This document shows, piece by piece, positions 36,950 through 50,600 of a stretch of DNA of 64,000 nucleotides. The position numbers and the translations under genes were made by a program. The number at the start of each line of letters is the position of its first letter. Positions within the stretch are counted from its first letter, which is position 1. The notes beneath the pieces were generated by a model. It did not search any database, had not been told where the DNA came from, and saw only the letters and a list, made by a program, of their open reading frames with translations. Origin of the DNA: Sphyrna mokarran (taxonomy: Eukaryota). Where the stretch lies: positions 15,438,001 through 15,502,000 of the forward strand of contig JAGIQG010000004.1 of assembly GCA_024679065.1 (NCBI GenBank), in the 5' to 3' direction.

Positions 36950-37280
36950 TGTCTCAGGCCAGAACAATTAGTAGGATTTTATAAACCTCCACCACACTGC
37001 CTGTGTTTGCAAAATCCTGCTAATTGTCCTCGCTTAAGACAATTTACATCTCTTTAACCTCTGATTATCACTGTCTCTATGCAGACTGTTCATATCTGTA
37101 AAGACTTGACTCCCTGTAAAGACTCACATTCCAACCATTCCTCACGTTCTAATCTGTAATTACCTTGCAATTGTGTCTTTGTCTGTGTATGCCATGTTTG
37201 TGATCTAACCTCCACTTACCTGGTAAAAGAGCAGCGCTCTGAAAGCTTGTGATTCCAGAAAACCTGTTGGACTTTAAAAT
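36950..37280 (+). mobile_element. Penelope-like terminal fragment with 5' inversion and degenerate hammerhead
   Basis: IR acaattagtaggattttataaac/gtttgcaaaatcctgctaattgt; CTGGTAA..AGAGC-AGC-GCTCT-GAAAGCTT at 37220-37248. Confidence 0.65.
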
Positions 37281-37539
37281 GAGATAGTAAAGCTTTAATC
37301 AGCTCCAGGGCCTTTAGTAATGCACCTCAAATAATGCTGCTGAACCGCTTGTTAAGCTGTAAGCAAGTACTTAATATTCTCCAGCCTGTAAAAGTTGGCT
37401 GGTATAACTTGGTGATGTGATTGACTCCAGTGCTTTATTTTGCTCTGGTTGACTCAGGTAAAAAAAAATATGGAAAATTCAATGTCCAAATTACCCTGTA
37501 TCACTCATCCCTATATGTTTTTAAATTTTAAAATTATAA

Positions 37540-37833
37540 AGTTCATTTATTAGTGTCACAAGTAGGCTTACATTAACACTACAATGAAATGACTGTGAAA
37601 ATCCCCTAATTGCCACACTTTGATTCTTTCTGTGAAAATTGAGGGAGAATTTAGCTTGGCCAATGCAGCAAACCAGCACATCTTCCGGACTGTGGGAGGA
37701 AACCAGAGCACCCAGAAGAAATATATGCAACCACGGGGAGAATGTGCAGACTCAGCACAAGCAGTGAAGCAAGCCGGGAACTGCACTGTGACCCCTGGTG
37801 CTGTGAAGTAGCGGTGCTAACCACTGTGCCATC
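37540..37833 (-). mobile_element. HE1-like SINE, alternative tail
   Basis: Reverse tail, V-domain, head. Confidence 0.85.
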
Positions 37834-39094
37834 GTTAATGTTAACATACTGTATTTATAATGGTAATCATGCTATGTTTTATTTTAATGTTAACAGTTGA
37901 TAGTGTGTTGTAGAATAATGACAAAACTCATTCCTGTTCTTACTACCCGTAATGATACACATAAGGGACTTTTTTACAAAAACTGTGACAATGAGACCAA
38001 ACCTTACAATTATAAAGCAAGATGAGAGACCCGTGGGCGTGTACATACAGACATTTTTGAAGGTGGTAGGGTATAGCTGTTTAAAAAATAAAGTGTTAGG
38101 ATCCTTGGCTTCATAAAGATGGGAGTATTAACTCTCAAAAATTGTTGAACTGGGAGTTAGTGGATAGCTGTTCTTGCCTTATGAGTGCATTCTAGTTCCT
38201 ATGTATTCACTGAGATTTAACTGATGTTTATTTGGATGATGGTGAGGAATCTACATCCCAAAATCGGCCATTTCTTAATTGGGTGCCTCTAGGGCAATTC
38301 AACATCTGTTAATAAGTTCTCTTTAATTGTTTTTAATTTGGCTCCAACTTTAACCAAAGCAGAATTTCCTGGCACTGAGGAAAAGGTGAGTTCAGCAGCA
38401 ATTCAGGTAAATATTTAAACTTAATACTATCCCAGCTAAATAAAAACTGAGAGACTTAATAAAACTGCCGTCTTGTTTTCTTGGGAAATGTTTGGTGTTT
38501 GTGTGGGCATAGCTTTTTTCCAACTTTGAGGATGTTACTTTTACAAATGTCAAATGGTGGCAAATGCCTATGGTTGACAGCACTTCAGAAGAGGAAACCC
38601 ACTTCAGCTGGTGGTGATGGGATCAGCCATATACACAGCAAGAGATTCACAGGAGAGACACTGAGGTTGCCATCAATACTATCTGTGGCACAGGGTTTAC
38701 AGTCAGGTGCTTAGCTTCCCTTACCTCTCAGAAGAGCAGTATCAGGTTGCCGCATTAGGTGGTGGCAGGAATCCTCTGTCTCATACAATTCTTTGGCCTC
38801 AACTATTTATAGACCATACCAATGAGGAAACCAAAGTGTAATATATTCAGGTTCACTGATGATAGGTGAAAAAGTAAGCTATGAGGAGAATTACATGAAG
38901 AATTACATTAAGCTATTGGGAAAGAAGGTAGGAATGGAGTTTACTATGTGGAAGTGAGAAATGATCTACTTTGGTAGAAAAAAATTGAGAGTTGGAATAT
39001 TTGTCAGAAAGTTAGAGACTAAATAAATTGCTATTCAATGGGATTGGGAGATGTTATATGCAGAAAGTTAGCACGCAAGAAATTTATTTTATAA

Positions 39095-40175
39095 TTCTTC
39101 ATGGAATGTGGGCATCACTAATTAGGCCAGCATTTATTGCCCATCACTAATTATCTTTGAAAAAGTGGTTCAGAACATTATTCTTGAATGGCTTTAGTTC
39201 ATGTAATATAAGTACACCTATAGTGCTGTTAGGAAGGACATCCCAGGGGTTTGACCCAGTGACAGTCAAGGAATGGTGGTATAGTTTCAAGTCAGAATGA
39301 TGTATGGCTTGGAGGAGAACTTATAGATGGTGGTGTTCTCATGAGTCTACTATTCTTGTCCTTCAAGGTGACAGAGGACGTGGGTTTGGAAGGTGTTATT
39401 GAAGAGCTGCTGCAATGCATCTTATCCACACTCACACTACTGTGTCTTGGTAGTAAAAAAAGTGAATATTGATAGAAAGCGGATATGGCGCCAATAAAGT
39501 AGGCTGCTTTGTCCTGGAGGATGTCAAGCATCTTGTGTGTTGTTGGAGCTGCACTCATCCATCACACACCCGATTTGTGCGTTGTAGATAGTGAACAGGC
39601 TTTGAGGAATCAAGAGGTGAGTTACTCGCCACAGGATTCCCAGTCTCTGGTCTGCCCTCATAGGCACTGTATTTTTTGTGGCTGGCCCAGTTCAGTTTAT
39701 AATCAATGGTAACCTGCAGGACATTGATAGTGGGGGATTCAGTGATGATAATGCAATTGGATGTTAATTGGATGATTGGGTTCTCCCATGTTGGAGATGG
39801 TCATTGCCTGGTACTTGTGTGGCATGAATGTTACTTGTCACTTATCAGCCCAAACCTAAATATTTTCCAGGTTTTTCTGCACATCAACATGAACTACTTC
39901 AGTATCTGAGGGGTCATGAATTGTGCTGAACATTATGCAGCCAACACTTCTGATTCTATAATGGAGGGAAGGTCATTGGTGAAATACCTGAAAGTGGTTG
40001 AGCCTAGTACACTACACCAAGGAACTCCTACAGTCCTAGGACTGAAATATTGATCTCCAACATCCCAACCATCTACCCTTGTGCCAGGTGTGACTCCAAT
40101 CATGGAGAGCTTTTCCCCTGATCCTCATTAACTTCCAATTTTGCTGTACTACCTTGTCACCACACTTGGTCACAT
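39095..40175 (-). mobile_element. Family B non-LTR retrotransposon, ~1.1-kb 3' part
   Basis: ggaatgtgggcatc..ggccagcatttattgcccatc tail; APTTHKMLDILQDKAAYFIG RT C-terminal remnant. Confidence 0.75.
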
Positions 40176-40189
40176 AAGGAAGGCAGACA

Positions 40190-40770
40190 GCTTTTATTGT
40201 AAGAGGGTAGAAGTTTAATATTAGGAGTTTTGCTGCAATAGGACATGACTTTTGTTTAGCACACCTGGCATACTGTATACAGCTTGTGTTTTGATGCTCA
40301 AGGGAGGGTACTTTTGCCTCAGATTAGATAAAAAGAAGATTAACCAAATTGATTCCTGAGATCAGTAAACTCATTAGTAAAGATGCTGAGATTTAGCAGA
40401 ATAGCTCTACGTTCTCTTGAATTCAGAAGAATGAGATGTGATATTATTAAAACATAAAATACATTGTTATAGGTCTTGCTAGGATTAGGTACTGATGGAA
40501 TGTTTCCTCTGGCTGCAGATCTATAACCAGGTTTAGGAATAACTAGACCACCATTCAGGGTTGAGATGCAGAGAGAACTTCTTCATTCACATCTTTGGAG
40601 TTCTCCACCACAGCGAGCTATTAATGCTCAGTTGGTGAGCACATTCTAGATTTTTGGCGCAAACATGGAGGTAGGGCAAGAAATTGGAGTAAAGTAAAAA
40701 CTTGTGATCTTATTGAGTGGTAGAAGAAGCTCAGTGTGACACATAGTTGTTCTATTTCTAATGTTTGTTA
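40190..40770 (+). mobile_element. Very old CR1 fragment
   Basis: cacctgg..tactgt, agaagaatgagatgtgat motifs. Confidence 0.5.
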
Positions 40771-40956
40771 TGTGTACGGCTGCCATACACCAGGAATGAT
40801 TGTATAGAAAATCTCCTCAGTAAATGCATTTGACCTTCAGGCATCCTTTGTGAAACCACAGTTTGAATGCATTTATTGTGTGGAACAGTAAACTGCATTC
40901 ATGCCATACCATTCTGATAGCTTATTGAATGTTGTAGGGTGCTTGAGCAAAAGTTA

Positions 40957-41233
40957 AAGTTTTTTTATTAGTCACGAGTAAGGCTTACATTAACACTGCA
41001 ATTAAGTTACTGTGAAATTCCCCTGGTCGCCAGACTCCAGCACCTGTTCGGGTTGATGCACCTAACCAGCTTGCCTTTCAGATTGTGGGAGGAAACCGGA
41101 GCACCCGGAGGAAACCGAAGAAGATACAGGGAGAATGTGCAAACTCCACATACATTCACCCAAGCCAGGAATCAAACCTAGATTTCTGGCGCTGTGAGGA
41201 AGCAGTGCTAACCACTATGCCATCATGCCACCC
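40957..41233 (-). mobile_element. HE1-like SINE, alternative tail
   Basis: Reverse tail, V-domain, head. Confidence 0.88.
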
Positions 41234-41499
41234 TCAGGAGATCTCTATATCCAGTCACTTATAATTCACAAAGTTAATATTTTAATACAATTTGATGGAA
41301 GATGTTCAGCTGCGCCTTTTCATGTGCAGATTTGTAACTTGGCATCAATGTCCAAGATACATGTGATATTTGTCCAGCACTTATCCATTTCATAGCCTAG
41401 TTTTTTTGTCCACTCCCTTGTTACAATATACAATATGCTAACTTCCTAATGTTCATCAAACTCTTTAATGACCTGTTTCTTCTACTAGTCTCCAAACTC

Positions 41500-42560
41500 A
41501 CAGAATTGTTACAGCACAGAAGGAGGCTATGCAGCCATCTCTCCAAATGAGCAATTCACCTAGTGCCATGCATCTGCCTTTTCTCTGTAAACTTGCACAA
41601 ATTTCTCTTTAAGATAACAGTCTAATTCCTTTTCGAAAGTCTCAATTGAAAATGTCTGCAATTCATTCTAGGGCAATGGATTCCAGACTGCAATCACTTG
41701 CTACATGAAAAAAAATTCTCATGTTGCCTTTGCTTCTTTTGCAAATTATTTTAAATCTGTGCCCTCTCATTCTCAATCCTTCAGCAAGTGGGAACTGTTT
41801 CTCTCTATCTACTCTGTCCATCCTCATCTGATTTTGATTCTCTTGATCAAATTTCCACTCAGCCTTCTCTCCTCCCAAGAGAAGTGTTTTAATTTCTCCA
41901 ATCTATCTTCTGTCTCTGGAACCATTCTTATGAATCTTTTCTACAACTTCTCAATGCCTTTATATACTTCCTAAGGTGCAATGCCCAGAATAAAGCCAAT
42001 GTGCTTTATTAACCACACTTTCAACCTGTCTTGTCACCTTCAAAGATTTATGTATGTATGCATCCTGGTCCCTCAGCTCCTGCAGCCACTTCAAAGTTAT
42101 GTGCTTCATTTTATACTGTATCTTCCAATTCCTCCTACTAAAATGAATCACTTCATATTTCTCCGCATTCTACTTTATCTGCGCCTGACTGCCCATTCCA
42201 CAACCTTGCTTATCTCTTTTTGAAGCTCAACACTAGCCCCTTACATTTACAATGCTTCTAAGTTTCATATAATCCATAAATTATGCCTTGTAAACAAAAA
42301 CTAGATAATAAATACTTGTTAGGAAATGTCCCCAACTCTAAATCCTGGGGAAACTTTCTCCAGCCCAGAAAACAGTGCATTAACCACTACTCCCTATTCC
42401 CTGATATCAGTGATTTGTGTATCCATGTTGGTACTTTCCCTTTTATTCCATAAGTTGTAACTTTGTTGCCAAGTCTTGTGTGGCACTGTATAAAATGCCT
42501 TTTGGAAGTTCATGTGCACTACATGGAAAACATTGCCCTCATCAACTCTCTGTGTTACCT
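41500..42560 (-). mobile_element. Old CR1 fragment
   Basis: RMDRVDREKQFPLAEGLRMRGHRFK; IHFSRRN..IHKSLKV. Confidence 0.8.
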
Positions 42561-42979
42561 TTTCAAAAATTAACCTCCTCTCATATTAACTCTGAACTTG
42601 CATTATACAATATTCTGTTGTTTAAATTCTTAGTAGTCAGAACGATGCCAGCGATAAAGGATTTCAGCCATGTGGAGAGACCTCGAGCAAATGAGACTAA
42701 GCAAAGAGTTGCCCAAGCTATCCAGATTATGAAGAGATTTTGATAAAGCGAATAAGGAAAAATTGTTTCCACTGACAAGAGGGTTAGTAAATAGAGGACA
42801 TATCTAAGATGAACCAGAGAGCAATGAGGAAGAATTCTTTCATGCAACGAGTTTCATGCAATGCAATTTGGAACATGTCTAAAAGAATAGTGGAAGCAGA
42901 TTTATGAGTGACTATTGAAAAATAAGTACCAAAAAGCAAAGAAAATGAAGGAGTACAGAGAAAGGGTGCTGTTGTTTCA

Positions 42980-44250
42980 TTCATTCGTTTACAGGGTGTG
43001 GGCATTGCTTGTTAGACCAGCTTCATTTCCCATTTCTAGTTGCCATTCAGAAGCTGATGGTGAACTGACTTCTTGAACTATTGCAGTCCTGAGGCGTAGA
43101 TACACCCACAATTTTGTTAGGGAAGGAATTCACAGCAACAGTGAAGGAACAGTGATATATTTCCAAGCCAGGATTGTGAGTTACTTAGAGGCACAGAGGT
43201 TTACAACATGGAAACAGGCCCTTCAGCCAACTTGTCCATGGTGCCCAGTTTTTACCACTAAGCAATTCCCAATTCATCTATACTCATCTTACTTACCCAT
43301 GTAAGCATCTAAATGATTTTAAAAGACAAAATTGTATCCACCTGTATGACTACCTATGGCAGCTAATGCGGCTCACCCACCATGCTCTGTATGAATAAAT
43401 TGCTCCTTTTGTATCTCTCTCCCCTCACCTTAAATCTATGCCTTCTTGTTTTAGACTGCCCTATCTTTGGGAAAAAAATATCGACTATCTACATTATCTA
43501 TGTCCCTCATTATTTCATAGACCTTTATAAGATCACCCCTATGCTCCAGGGGAAAAAAGACACAAACTATAAAGAGAGACCATCCTCTCTTTATAACTCA
43601 AACCATTAAGTCCCAGTAGCATCCTAATAAATTTTTTCTGCACTCTTTTTAATTTAATAATATCCTTTCTATAATAGGGTGACCAGACTGTAGAAAAATT
43701 CCAAGTGCGGCCTTATTACTGTATTGTATAAATCGAACATGATGTCCCAACTTGTGTATTCAATATTCTGATCATTGCCTTCTTCTTCACCACTCTGTCC
43801 ACCTGTGATTCTACTTTTAAGGAGCTATGAACCTGTACCCCTAGATCTCTTTGTTTGATAACTCCCCCCCAGTGCCCTCCCATTAACTGAGTAAATCAAT
43901 CCATTTCTGGTTCAATCTAGCAAAATGCATCACCTCTCATTTGAAGGGGAACCTCCACGTGCTGTTCCCAAGTAATTGCTGCCGTTGTCCATCTAGATGG
44001 TAGTGGTTGTCTGTTTGGAAGATGCTGTCTAAGGAACACTGGCGAATTCCTGCAGTGTGTTTTATTGATGGTGGTCATGGCTGTCACTGTTAATTTGTGG
44101 TGAAGGCATTAAAAGTTTATGGAAAGGATAACAATCAAATGGGCTGCTTTGTCCTGGAGAATGTTGACTTCTGGACTGTTGCTGGAACTGCATTCACCCA
44201 GGCGATTGGAGAATATTCCGTTATTTGTGCCTTGTAGATAGTGGACATTG
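42980..44250 (-). mobile_element. Family B non-LTR 3' part with nested CR1 (~43195-43920, minus)
   Basis: Same motifs as 39095-40175; CR1 gaaacaggcccttcagcc..ccagtagcatcct..gaccagactg inside. Confidence 0.7.
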
Positions 44251-45061
44251 AATAGCTTTTTATAAAGGACCAGCATGGACACGATGAACTCATTCTATGT
44301 GAAAGAAATTCTTCATTTACTCCTTAAATACGAAAAAAATGAATACAGGATTAGCACGTTACCATGCTATTCCTTTTAGAAGTAATTTTAGGATAATTGG
44401 TAAAGTTAATGGAAAATGGCTACACTAGAAAACACACAAAGCAATTGTGTGAACTGCAATGTACAACTTCAGTCACTGTGGAAACCAGAATTATGACAAC
44501 AATTTGATGAAACGTTTCAGGCATTCTTAATCAAGTTGTTCTGTGAGTCATGTCATTATCCCAACTAATTACTTCTGTGCAATAAATGTTTTCTGGTTGA
44601 AATATCTGTGAGAGTATAGGGAGCAGGGAGGGGGGAAAGGAGGATGGGGTGATGGGGTGGAGGGGTGGGGGACGGGGAAGGTACACTTTCCATTTCATGT
44701 CTGGCCATTTTCACATGGATATTCAGCATCATGTTTCTGCAGCAGTGTTGTTCCCTGTTTTACATACATCCCTCCCTTCCTCCATCCCTCCCTCTCTTTC
44801 TCTCCGTTTAACTAAAACATGGGGTAAGAGCCAGGTATGGTTGAAAATAACTCTTACTTTCCACTGAAGTAGCTTGTATAAGACCTGGCCAACACGTTAG
44901 AAACTTAATAGGCAAAATGTTAGAAGGTAGGCATTTTCTCAGCCAATCTAAAGTCACAGATATTTATTTAACATGCAAGGAAATTAAATACAACAAGCTT
45001 ACCAAAAATATTATATAAACAGGCTGTTCTTTTTGGATGCAATATTACAGCTTTGAACTTA

Positions 45062-45320
45062 AGGCACAGTAGCACAGCAACGCCAGGGATCCAGGTGTGA
45101 TTTCTGGCTCAGATCACTGTCTGAGTGGAGTTGGCATGTTCTCCCTGTGTCTACATGGGTTTCCACTGGGTTCTTTGGTACTCTCCCACATTCTAAAAGA
45201 TGTACTGGTTCAGTGCAGTGAATCAAACAGGCGTCAGATTGTGGCGACTAGGGGAATTTCACTGTAACTTCATTACAGTGTTAATGTAAGCCTTACTTGT
45301 GATTAATAAATAACGTTTAC
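45062..45320 (+). mobile_element. HE1-like SINE, alternative tail
   Basis: Head, V-domain, tail. Confidence 0.82.
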
Positions 45321-45464
45321 TTTAAGAACCAATTTTCTTCAAACAGTTTGTGTTGCCAGAGTGCTCTTGCTAAAATAGTTTTTTTTTAAATCTTGAACTT
45401 CCTTCCTTGCCTCAATATTGGTTTGTTAATTTCATGATTTCATGATTATCCTTTAGATAAGTTT

Positions 45465-45766
45465 AAATGTTAATTATTAGTGTCGTAAGTAAACTTACAC
45501 TAACATTGCTATGAAGTTACTGTGACAGTCCCTTAGTTGCCTCTAGCCCCTGTTTTATACATAGAAAGAAAACTTAGCATCGTCAATGCATCTAATCAAC
45601 ACATCTTCCAGACTGTGAGTAGAAACTGAAGAACCTGGAGGGAACCCACGCAGACATGAGAAAAATGTGCAGACTCCGCGCAGACAGTGACTCAAGCTGA
45701 GAATCGAATCTGGGTCTCTGGTGCCATGTGGCAGCAGTGCTAATCAACGTGCCACTGTGCTGCCCT
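45465..45766 (-). mobile_element. HE1-like SINE, alternative tail
   Basis: Tail-to-tail with the previous copy. Confidence 0.82.
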
Positions 45767-46906
45767 GAAAAACTCTTCATTGACTAGGTGTATTTTACAG
45801 TAATTTCACTGCAGTGTTAAAACTTGTGACTAATAAATAAACTTGCTCTTGTTGTACTTTCGGATGCAAGTAGAAATAGATGCAAAGTGGCCCAGCCACT
45901 CAGAACATATTATGAAGAAAGGAAGTGAAGCAAAGTTTGATGTATAAAATTTTGCTTATTACAACAGCAAGCTTGGGTTTTTTTTTATTAGGATGTGCGT
46001 CTCGTTTCTGAAACCTGATGTATGGAACTAGTTGGTTAACTCATTGGATCTTTCACAATGATGACAAAATTGCTCATCTATGAGCTGTGAAATATATCTA
46101 TGAACTCACTCATATTTTAGATAATGAGCCAGATTTTATGTGTGATATTCCAACTGCTGAGAATTGAAGACAACATTTCCCAAGGTTTAGCTAGTCTAGT
46201 GAAAGGAAACAGTAATACTAAAATCCTTGGTATGAGGGCTTATGGCTACAATAGAACTCTTTCGACATTGAACTCACCATTATACTGAAGTTTTGCTCCA
46301 TTTACACTTGGTTGCATGACTGCCCATTTTACCAGTTTGCCAATAAATAAAGCAATGTTTGAAGTACATTACAGCGTTTGTCTGTTTTTCTGAATATTAA
46401 ATTTAAGCAAAAATAATTAATATCAGCAGCATTTAAGTCTGCAAATTTCCAACATAGTGGGCATCATTTTCTCATTGAGTGGAATTTTCCTTCCCTTCTG
46501 CCATGTATTTTGTGGTGACAGGAAGCAGCGTGCCACTTGCTGGCAGCGAGAGCTTATAGTCCCACTGTTATCAGCACGGATCCCATTGAACCATAGAATC
46601 CCTCTGAGTCTGCACCGGCTTTCCAAAACACCATCTTACCCAGCACCCTCCCTCCTGCCCCTCCACCCCCCCCCCACTCCCCCCACCATCCCCGTAAGCT
46701 CATGTATTCATAATGGCTAATGCCACTAACCTACACATCTTTAGATTCTCAGGGACTATTTAACATGGCCAGTCCTCCTAACCTGCACATCTTTGGACTA
46801 AATGCACTCCTCCCATTGGGAAACACACAGCAGTGTTACGCCACTAGTTGCACCATAAGATCATAAGCAGTAGCAGGATTTCAGCAATTATCTCTCTCTT
46901 TATTCT

Positions 46907-47235
46907 CTAGCCTAACACTTCAGTACAATACTCAGTGAGTGTTGCATGGTTAGAAATGTTGCCTTTCATGTGAGCATGAAACTGATGCCCTGTCTTCCCA
47001 CTAAGGCAAAAGTATTAGATTCCACAAAACTATTCAGAGAAGAGCAGATGAGTTCTCATTTTTTCCCAAAACCAACATCACTAAAACAGATTAATTGACC
47101 ATAATTTCATTTCTAGCAATGGAACCATATTATGTGTAGTTGGCTGCCCTGTTGCCTATCTCCGAATAGTGACTATTTCAAAAAGGTTATAAAGAACACT
47201 GGGACATCTTGTGATCATGAAAGATGTCATATCAT
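46907..47235 (+). mobile_element. Deu-domain SINE remnant
   Basis: cagtacaatactcagtgagtgttgca..gcctttc..gaagagcag..gagttctc..accaacatcactaaaacagatta..ttggctgcc. Confidence 0.6.
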
Positions 47236-50099
47236 CAATTTTTTCTTGCTCAAGTAGATGACCAGAATGTATGTTGAATGTATTCCGTGCTCTCAAAGGA
47301 CTGTTCCATTGATGAGTTCACGAGCAGAGCCTCAGTCATGGTTAACAAACTGACATGGATTTTGTTTTGTGATTCTGTTTGAAATCAAGCGGGATGGTGG
47401 AGAAGAGGCAGAATACAATGTCAAGGTCTCCTGTTACCTTTCTGTGCTTATCTGGTTCACCCTCCCCTCACCTGCACCAGAAGCAGCACTGACTACCTGT
47501 TTCCTGCATACAAAGCACTGAATAAATGTCTCAGTACCTGCTCATATGAAAATTAGTTTTGAACAATTTTGATTTGATTTGATTTATTATTGTCACATGC
47601 AGTAAAAAGCATTGTTCCTTGCACACTTTACAAGCAAAGCATAGAGAAGGAAAGGGCAGGGTGCAGAATGTTGTGTTACAATCATAGCTGGGGTGTAGAG
47701 CATTAACTACTTAATATAAGGTAGGTCCATTCAAAAGTCTGATGCAACGCCTTACGAAAGATGGAAATGGGCTCCACGCTTATAAAGGTGAGGTTCATTG
47801 AGGGAGATTTCTTAGTGATATCAACAGCATGACATTCTTCCATTCCTCCAATATGGCCCTCTCATGACTTTCTCAAGTAAGTGTGTGGTCCCATTGGAGC
47901 GCAGCTGGGATTCTGCGGCCTTGCTCTGACAGCTTCCTTCCTCACGATGTGAATCCCATCAAGGTATCAAATGATCCTGAACCGGTGGGGGGGGGAGAGG
48001 AGGTGTGGTATAGGGCAAATTCAGAGGGTCAGGCAGGAGTTTTATCCTGCTTGATCACTGCTCTGCAGAAGAGAGTTATCACTTCCAATTGTGACTAAGA
48101 TCGTCAGTTAATGGAACAGTTTGTACAAATCAAGCAAGGCGCAGCAACATGAGTTTGCCAATAGGATTCATTGCACCAATTCAAGATTTTGATTTCTGAA
48201 CATTGGGTTTTAATAAGGAACCTATAAGGCATCAGAATTTTGAAAGTATGTTGTTACATTGGGAATTAACTTAAAGAATTTCTGGCTTTTATTATGCTGG
48301 CAAAGATCGCAGCTAGTGATCCATTGGCTGGAGAACAGCATTTCAGAAGTAAAGGATTAGTCTATCACTGGAGTAACATAAGCAGCAGGATATGGGCACA
48401 ATGCATCAGTTTTAATTGATGGCGATATTATTGATTTTTTATTTTGTGCCATTTTCAGCCTGCCAGCTGAAGAACTGGAATGGTTTTCACTGCAACCGTT
48501 CCTTTTTTCAGTAACATTCGAGATGACCCATTTTGAAACAAAGCTCCATTTCACTTTGCTGCACTGCACTTTCCTGTTTTATGCAATCAATAAAATGTCC
48601 CATCTGTGTGGGATTATAGAAATGAGGACCACATGAAACTGATGCAATTCAATAAACACTTTAAGCGGAATTATTGCAAATATTCAGTCCAATAATAAAC
48701 ACAATCTATCTTCAAACATACCATTACACAAGTTGTCGTTATTCTGAATTTTCCATCAAACACTGAGACCTGAATGTTAAAATATTTGTCAGGGGCACAA
48801 GCATCCTTTCCCCTACATATTAATTCTAAATGCCTTCATATTTTGGCATCAGCTTCTATAGTGAGATGGAAGATTGATGCATTTTTGGTCCTTTCAGTAT
48901 TTTCTTCTCCTTTCATGGGAGGTTGGGTGCACTCCCATTCTGTGCCAAGCTGTAATCCAGGACAATCATTGCCAGATTTCTAATTAAGGAGCAACATAAT
49001 GGCCGATTCTGGAGATCCCTCTATGAGTGAATTTAATATCCATGTCGATTGGATTAATCAGATTAGCAAAGACAACTTGGAAGATGCATTTACGGGGTGT
49101 GCGCAGAACAATTTCTTGGACAATTTCTCAACAGTCATCATAACATGGCAGAATTTCACATTCCATTTCAGGGTGTGAAGTGTGGATCTAAAGCTAGTGT
49201 TTTTGACTGAAACAATGGAAATTACAAGGGCACGGAGGTAAAGTGAACTGGGAAAATAGATCAAAATCATTAATTTTGGAGGGCTTCACCAGGATTATGC
49301 TAATAGCTACTCAGAAAAAGAAGAAATAAAACTCTTTTAACCGATCCCAGCTTGGGATTTCTCCAGCATCGCTTATCCCCAGGAAACTCCCACCCCCTGA
49401 TGGACCATTCCCCCCATGGTATTCCAAAACTCTCAACCACCCTCGCCGCAACCCCCCCCACACACACACACAAATGGGATTCCTCTTGGCCACTTAACCC
49501 CCCCATCTGCTTGGGCGCTCTTTCCCAAGATTGTGGTCCTGGCTCTCATCCTTAACCCAGCTGGACCCTGGAGTCTGGCATCCCAAATCTAACTCCATCT
49601 CCCAGATACAACCTCAACCCTCCACCCTGGCTAGACACCCCCCTTCCATCCCTGATCTGACTTGACCTGGATGGGCTCCCTCACCTTCCAACCCGACCCA
49701 CTCCGTCCCGATCCACAAAAACATGACCTCCTCCCCATACCTGGACCTATCTACCCCTACGATATCCAACCCCCCTCATTCCTTGCCCCTGAGCTCTGAC
49801 CCTACCATCGAACATCCTATCCACATGCTCCAACCCTTCCATCCTAACCTGCAACACTCTTCTCCTCCAACCATCCCCCATCCCTTGCCCCAATCTTTTG
49901 ACCCTCATGGCCACCCAAATTAGGTCCTTGGACATTCACTTTCTTTCTAACCTGTCAATTGTATTGGGTCCTTTAACCTACTGCTTTTATGGCAGTGAAA
50001 AAAAGGGGTTTGTGGGCACCGTGAGGACTGGAGTAATTTATTGACTCTGTTAATCACATTTTGGGTTGATGTTTTAAGTTTTATGAGGAAAGTTGCATT

Positions 50100-50600
50100 T
50101 TTGATTAGAGAGAGATCATGATAATACTGAGAGCAGATACTTCTAGGGTTTCGCCCATTGAATCTCTATGGGTGGAACTGAGAAATAAGAAGTGGGGGAT
50201 CACTTTAATACGGTGTAATATAGGCTGCCAAATAGTCAATGAGAAATTAAGAAGCAAATATTTAAGGAGATTACAGATATCTCCATGAAAAATAGGGACT
50301 TTAACTTTCCCAACATTGACTAGGACAGCCATTGTGTTAGGAGTTTGGTTGAAGAGGAATTTCTCATTCAGGGTGTAGATGGTCCGACTAGAGAGAGGTA
50401 AAACTTGACCTCGGCTTGGGAAATATGGGAGGATAGGTACAGAAATGTTAGTCAGGGATCACTTTGGGACCAGTGACCATAATTCCATTAGTTTTAAGAT
50501 ACCATGGAGATGATAGGTATCCTTTGAAGCTAAAACACGGGTACAAAGCCCAGCTTGGGCAACTGGAGGGGTACAGGGTCCAATTGATTGCTTAGATTGG
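50100..50600 (+). mobile_element. Old CR1 endonuclease-region fragment
   Basis: ESLWVELRNKK, GDFN(F)PNID, GTSDHN-like DNA motifs; related piece ~48990-49130. Confidence 0.6.
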
